This document shows positions 59,480 through 64,000 of a DNA stretch of 64,000 nucleotides, in pieces. A model generated the notes under the pieces. The model ran no database searches and had not been told where the DNA came from. It was given only the letters and a program-made list of their open reading frames with translations. Position numbers and translations under genes: made by a program. Position 1 is the stretch's first letter; each line of letters begins with the position of its first letter. This DNA is from Cyanophora paradoxa CCMP329 (lineage: Eukaryota; Plantae; Glaucophyta): assembly GCA_004431415.1 (NCBI GenBank), contig QPMI01000083.1, positions 36,495-100,494 of the forward strand, read 5' to 3'.

Positions 59480-59880
59480 CCTGGAATTCTTCCGGCAAAG
59501 ACACTGCACATTCACGGCAGCATTGCTATGCGCCTGCCGAACGGCCGCTCGGCCGCTGAACGGCCCCGTCGCATTGTTGTCGACACGGGCGCCCAGGGAA
59601 CTGTAGTTCCCCAGAAGTCCTCGACCGCCTGCCGCCGACGAAGTCAATTACGTCGAGGGCCACACGATAGTCCGCGGTTTCATGGACCGGGACAAATTCG
59701 TTGTCGCCGCGCCGACGTAGTCTTCGTTCTGGGCTCGCTCCGCTTCTGCCGCGCGTCTTCGTCGTCCCGCGCGGCGCCATGGGCGTTGAGCCGACATTCT
59801 GCTCGGCCTGGACGCGATCCAGGCCGTCCACGCCAGATCGACACGACGCTGTCCGGGTGGTGCTCCGGCCCGTGACCACC
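59480..59880 (+). pseudogene. Retropepsin-type aspartic protease (frameshifted)
   Basis: RIVVDTGAQGTVV at ~59570-59610; ILLGLD-like sequence near 59797. Confidence 0.75.
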
Positions 59881-60989
59881 TGCACGCGAAGTCGTCGTCC
59901 TTTCGGCTCCGGACAGCTTGGGATCCTGGTCGAGTCTGGACCAGTAAAGCTCCCCGTCGGAGAGGCCCTCGTCCCATGCACGCTCAATGGGCAGGCCCGC
60001 AACGCGTGAGTTGCCGCACCTCTACGTCGAGCCGTCGCCGGAGTCCCGCAAGCCTTGGGCGTACTCTGCCCTTACCAGCTGCATAATCACCCGGGAGACA
60101 AAATGTTTCACGTGCGGTTGTGCAATCCTGGCCGGCAGCCGGTAACCCTGCCGCTAGATCGGTAGTAGCGGTCGCTTCGGCGGTCGCCCTACCGCCTGGT
60201 GATTTTGAGTACGAACCTGAGCAAATGCCTTGTAGTGCGAGTGCATTGACAGACCTCTTGATTCGCCGCTGCGAATCGTGCCTGCAAACGCCGCACTGGA
60301 CTCCGCCACTTTAATAGAAAAGCACGCATGCTTGGCGCGGCATATGAGCCCGCCAAAGACGTTGAGAAAATAATCTCCACCCTACGTTCTGTCGTAGATG
60401 AGGCGGAAAAGCAGCGCGCTCTGTCTAGCGCAGCGCTGCTGAGCCCGCCGACCCACCCCGCGCACCGCCCTACGACGTCGACGATATAGCGTCACGTTTG
60501 CGAGCTGCCTTCGACACAGCCGACCGGCGTTGCAGGACCTTGATGCTATGAGCATCATTAGCCTCGACGACGATGCTATGAGCACGTCGTCACGAAGCGC
60601 GTCCCAACGCCGGCCCCGATCACAGGCCCCTCGGTCGACGAGTTCGTCGCCGCAGTCGAGGCAGTGTCCGTCCCAGAGACGCCACCCTGCGCTCGACCTT
60701 CCGGTCTTCCGAAAAAGCGGAGCGCGACTGCTCGATGCAGTCCGCGCCATGCGCGGCGACGTTACGGTCCGCAAGGCGCACCGGTCGCCGACGCCGAGGC
60801 GCCACCCAGAGTGTGGTCACAGCCTCGCTTTCGGCCCGGCCCGATGCCCACCCCTACGACTGCAGCACCCGACGCGAAGCCCGCTGAGGCACGCGGCCGG
60901 TGCCTAATGCAGAGGAGGAGTGGCAAGAGCTGCTGAAGAAGATTCCTGAGCTCGGCTCTCACCGTCAATCACGACGGCGCAGAAAGCGA

Positions 60990-62345
60990 ACTTCACGCGC
61001 TCCTGCGGCGCTACAAGGATGTCTTCGCAGACAAGGTCGAGGCCAAAGAGGCACCAGCAACCTGCTCTATTACGAGCACGTGATCAAACTCACGACTCGC
61101 CTTCCGGGTTCACGCCTCCGCGGCGTATGAACCCGCACGCCGAGGAACACGCCCGCAAGGAAATTCAGAAACTCTTGAGCTTGGGCTGATCGAGCCCTCC
61201 CAAGCGGCATATGGCTCGCGGTAGTGCTGGCCCCAAAAAGGACGGCACTTGCGTTTCTGTGTCGACTATCGGAGGCTGAATCAGATCACCGAGCGGACGT
61301 GTTTCCCCTACCCCGATAGACGACCAGCTCGAGCGCCTCCGCGGCTCGATGGTCTTCTCGACTGCTGACGCGACTGCCGGCTTCTGCAGCTGCCTCTGCA
61401 CCCGGCTCCCGAGCCTACACTGCATTTGTGTCCCTGGGGTCACTTTCAGTGGAAGGTTACGCCGTTTGGGGTCACGAACGGGCCCGCGCATTCTCCCGCG
61501 CGATCACTGCGATCCTGGGCCCTTGCTGACCACCTGCGTCGTCGCGTACATCGACGATATCACGGTCTTCTCACCGTCCATCGATCAGCACCTTCTAGAC
61601 TTGAAGGCGCTCTCGAGACGATCTCTAAGGCGAACCTGCGCCTGAAGCCGTCGAAGTGCCGCTTCTGCGTGCCTGAAATCGACCTTCTCGCCACCGCATC
61701 TCCGCCGAAGGATCCGCCAGGACCCTGCGAAGACCAAGGTGATCACGGACTGGCAGGACGCCGAAGAACGCGGACGAGCTCCGCTCGTTCCTCGGCCTCG
61801 CCGGCTACTACCGCCGCTTTGTCGAGAACTTCTCCAAAGTGGTGCACGCCATGCAGCGCCTTCTATTGAAGGACGCCGTCTGGAGTTGGCCAGAGGACGG
61901 CCCCGCGACCGCGCCTTTAAGGAGCTGAAAGAACTCCTGGGCCGCGATATTATATTGCGGTTCCGGACTTCTCGAAGCCCTTCATTCTCCAGACGGACGC
62001 CAGCACCTACGCTATCGGCGCAATTCTGAGCCAGGCCGACGACAAAGGCGTCGAGCGGCCGCTCGCGTTCATCAGGCCGCACGCTGCTGCCGGCCGAGAT
62101 GAACTACTCCGCTACGGAGCTGGAGTGCCTCGCAGTAGTCTGGCCATTAAGTATTGCGCCACTATCTGCTGGGCGGCCCCCAGTTCCTGGTGCGGACCGA
62201 CCACCACGCCCTCCAGTGGCTGAAGACGCTGGACCCGACGACGGCCGCCTCGGTCGCTGGTCCCTGCTCTTGCAGGCCTACGACTTTGAGATCGTCTACC
62301 GCCCTGGCAAGCAGAACGGGGTCCCGACGCGTGCTCTGCGTCTCC
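60990..62345 (+). pseudogene. Gypsy reverse transcriptase + RNase H (frameshifted)
   Basis: RT: LRFCVDYRRLN, FSTADATAGF, PFGVTNGPA, AYIDDITVFS, LKPSKC. RNase H: LQTDASTYAIGAILSQ, NYSATELECLAVVW, VRTDHHALQWL, RWSLLLQAYDFEIVYRPGKQN. Confidence 0.93.
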
Positions 62346-64000
62346 CTAAGGACCACCCGTCTGCAGCCAGGCGGTGCAGACGGTTCCTCGTCCAAGCCCG
62401 CGCTACAAGGGCGCCGAAGGCTTCGGCATCCGCAACATGCTGTAGGGGCTGAGCCTGAGGATCCGACGTCCCGCTGGGCATCTTTAGGATGCAGCTGGGC
62501 CCGACCGAGCGGGCCCTGCGCCAGCTCGCAACTCCGCCGGCTTCCGCGCGGAAGCCCCAGCCGAGGGTGGCCGAGCCGCTAGACGCGAGGCGCCCGCGCG
62601 CGCCTGCGCGCCCCTCTTCCCCGCCGGGCCGCTCCTCTTATGCAGAGGAGGAGTCGCGGCCCCCTGTGCCAGCCAGTGTCCTGAGGCCGAGCCGACGCCG
62701 GCGCCCTGAAGCGCCCGCGCCGAGCCTGAGGGTGAGGCTGCGGTGCTGCGGAAACCGATTCCGACGCCGAGCCCCCGCCGCCAGAGCGCGCGCCGCGACG
62801 CCTGCCCGCGAGCTCGCCAAGCTTGCTGCGTCGCTGGGTTCGCTGAGGCCAAGGCCTCCGCCTCGGCTACTGAGCCGCCACGCGCAAGCGAGCGCGGGCC
62901 GCCCCAGAGCGCTTCGCGCCTCCCGCGCCAGAGTCGGTCTCGCCGCCCCGAAACGACGAGAGCCGGGCCCGGCGCCCGCTGTCGAGGAGCGCGAGGCTCC
63001 CTCGGACGCGGAGATGCCCGACGCCCTGAGGGCGACCTGGGCGCCCCGGCCGCGCTGCTAGAGGACGCTCACGCAGAGGCCGGAGGCCTCGGCGAGATCG
63101 ATGACGAGTCGCTGCCGGAAGGGCCTGTCCCTCCGACGCCTGCGACGCTGACGGCTTCCCCCTCGCTCTTGCGGAGCGAGTCCCGAAGCGTCGAAACCGG
63201 GCCCCGTCGGTGGGGCGCCAAGGATTTGCCGAGCCGCGCCCCTGCATCCGACGCGCTCTTCCTCGCGGCCCCGCCTTGAGGCGGCAGCCTCGAGATGAGT
63301 ACAACCGCGCCACTGGCGCTCCGGGTCGAACCCTCGGATCGGCCGGTGCCGATTGCATATTGAGTGGGAGCCGGAGGACCCTGAGGCGAGCCGCGCTCCC
63401 GGCCTCCGCGCCGACGCTCGCTCTCCCCGGAGACTGCTCGCCACCAGATCCGCGTTCGGCCGGTCCCCCCGGACCCCAAGCCAGCGCCGCGGGCTCGAGG
63501 TCGCCCCTCTGCCCGCGGGCAGGCTTCCGACGACGCCGCCCGCTCGAGCCTGAGACGGTCGCCGCCGAGGCCGCTGCCCCGCAGCGGTGGGTAGAACTCG
63601 ACCCTAGAGGCCGGGACGTTCGCCCGCCGTGCAAGCCGGTCTTCGTGGATACCGTCCTCGACGCGTGGGCCTGCGGACCCTCGCCAGCCGTCGATGGGGC
63701 GCTCCCCGACGCGCTGCGCCGTATGTTCCGCCCGAGAAGCGCAAGCGTCTGCTCGCCGCTCAGAAGGAGGATTCCTTCTGCAAGAAGCTTCTCGCCTTCC
63801 ACGCAGAGGGCGAGAATCCAACTGTCTGTACCCGCGGCTCGAGGCGCGACGCAGATCCCTGCTCGCCCAGCTGCGCTCACTGCCTGCGGGCCAAGGAGCG
63901 CTTTGCACGCCTGGCCGGCGAGTTCAGCCTGGCCGACGACGGCGTCATCGAGCGCAACCCTTGGTCCTGCCGGCCGTTCCTACCCGTCTTGCCGGACGCT

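Larger units (their letters stand above)
46721..64000 (+). mobile_element. Very large Ty3/Gypsy LTR retrotransposon, heavily frameshifted, extends beyond the window; left boundary tentative
   Basis: Order gag/CCHC, protease, RT, RNase H on the plus strand. TGTAAC at 46721 and AATAAA at ~46836 suggest an LTR start, but the second LTR is not in the window. Confidence 0.7.

Noticed and set aside
48645-64000. Programmed frameshifting as the explanation for the many frame changes in the Gypsy element
   Set aside because: They are too numerous and fall inside conserved RT and RNase H motifs. Decay or long-read indel errors are more likely.

Overview
This is eukaryotic, very GC-rich, intron-dense DNA, probably from a protist or alga; the organism cannot be established from this window. 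Most six-frame ORFs are shadow ORFs of spliced genes. Bases 1-27.2 kb hold three host genes: a CbbY-like HAD phosphatase, a C2-VIT-vWA protein and a membrane hybrid histidine kinase. They flank a 4.7-kb LTR element that encodes only Gag-like and integrase domains. Bases 27.6-64 kb are nested mobile elements. (i) A 5'-truncated poly(A) retroposon with a target-site duplication (TSD). (ii) A RAG1/Transib-type transposase gene lying tail-to-tail with a BAH-domain gene. (iii) An intact-looking, AT-rich 11,927-bp endogenous Polinton-like virus (33650-45576) with terminal inverted repeats (TIRs) and a 6-bp TSD, inserted in the middle of that RAG1-like gene. It encodes an rve integrase, a vOTU-PolB-SF1 helicase-HNH fusion, penton, double-jelly-roll capsid and packaging ATPase, and carries five perfect copies of a 12-bp motif upstream of non-structural genes. 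(iv) A very large, frameshifted Ty3/Gypsy element running off the right edge. All protein calls come from motif recognition by eye, not database searches.
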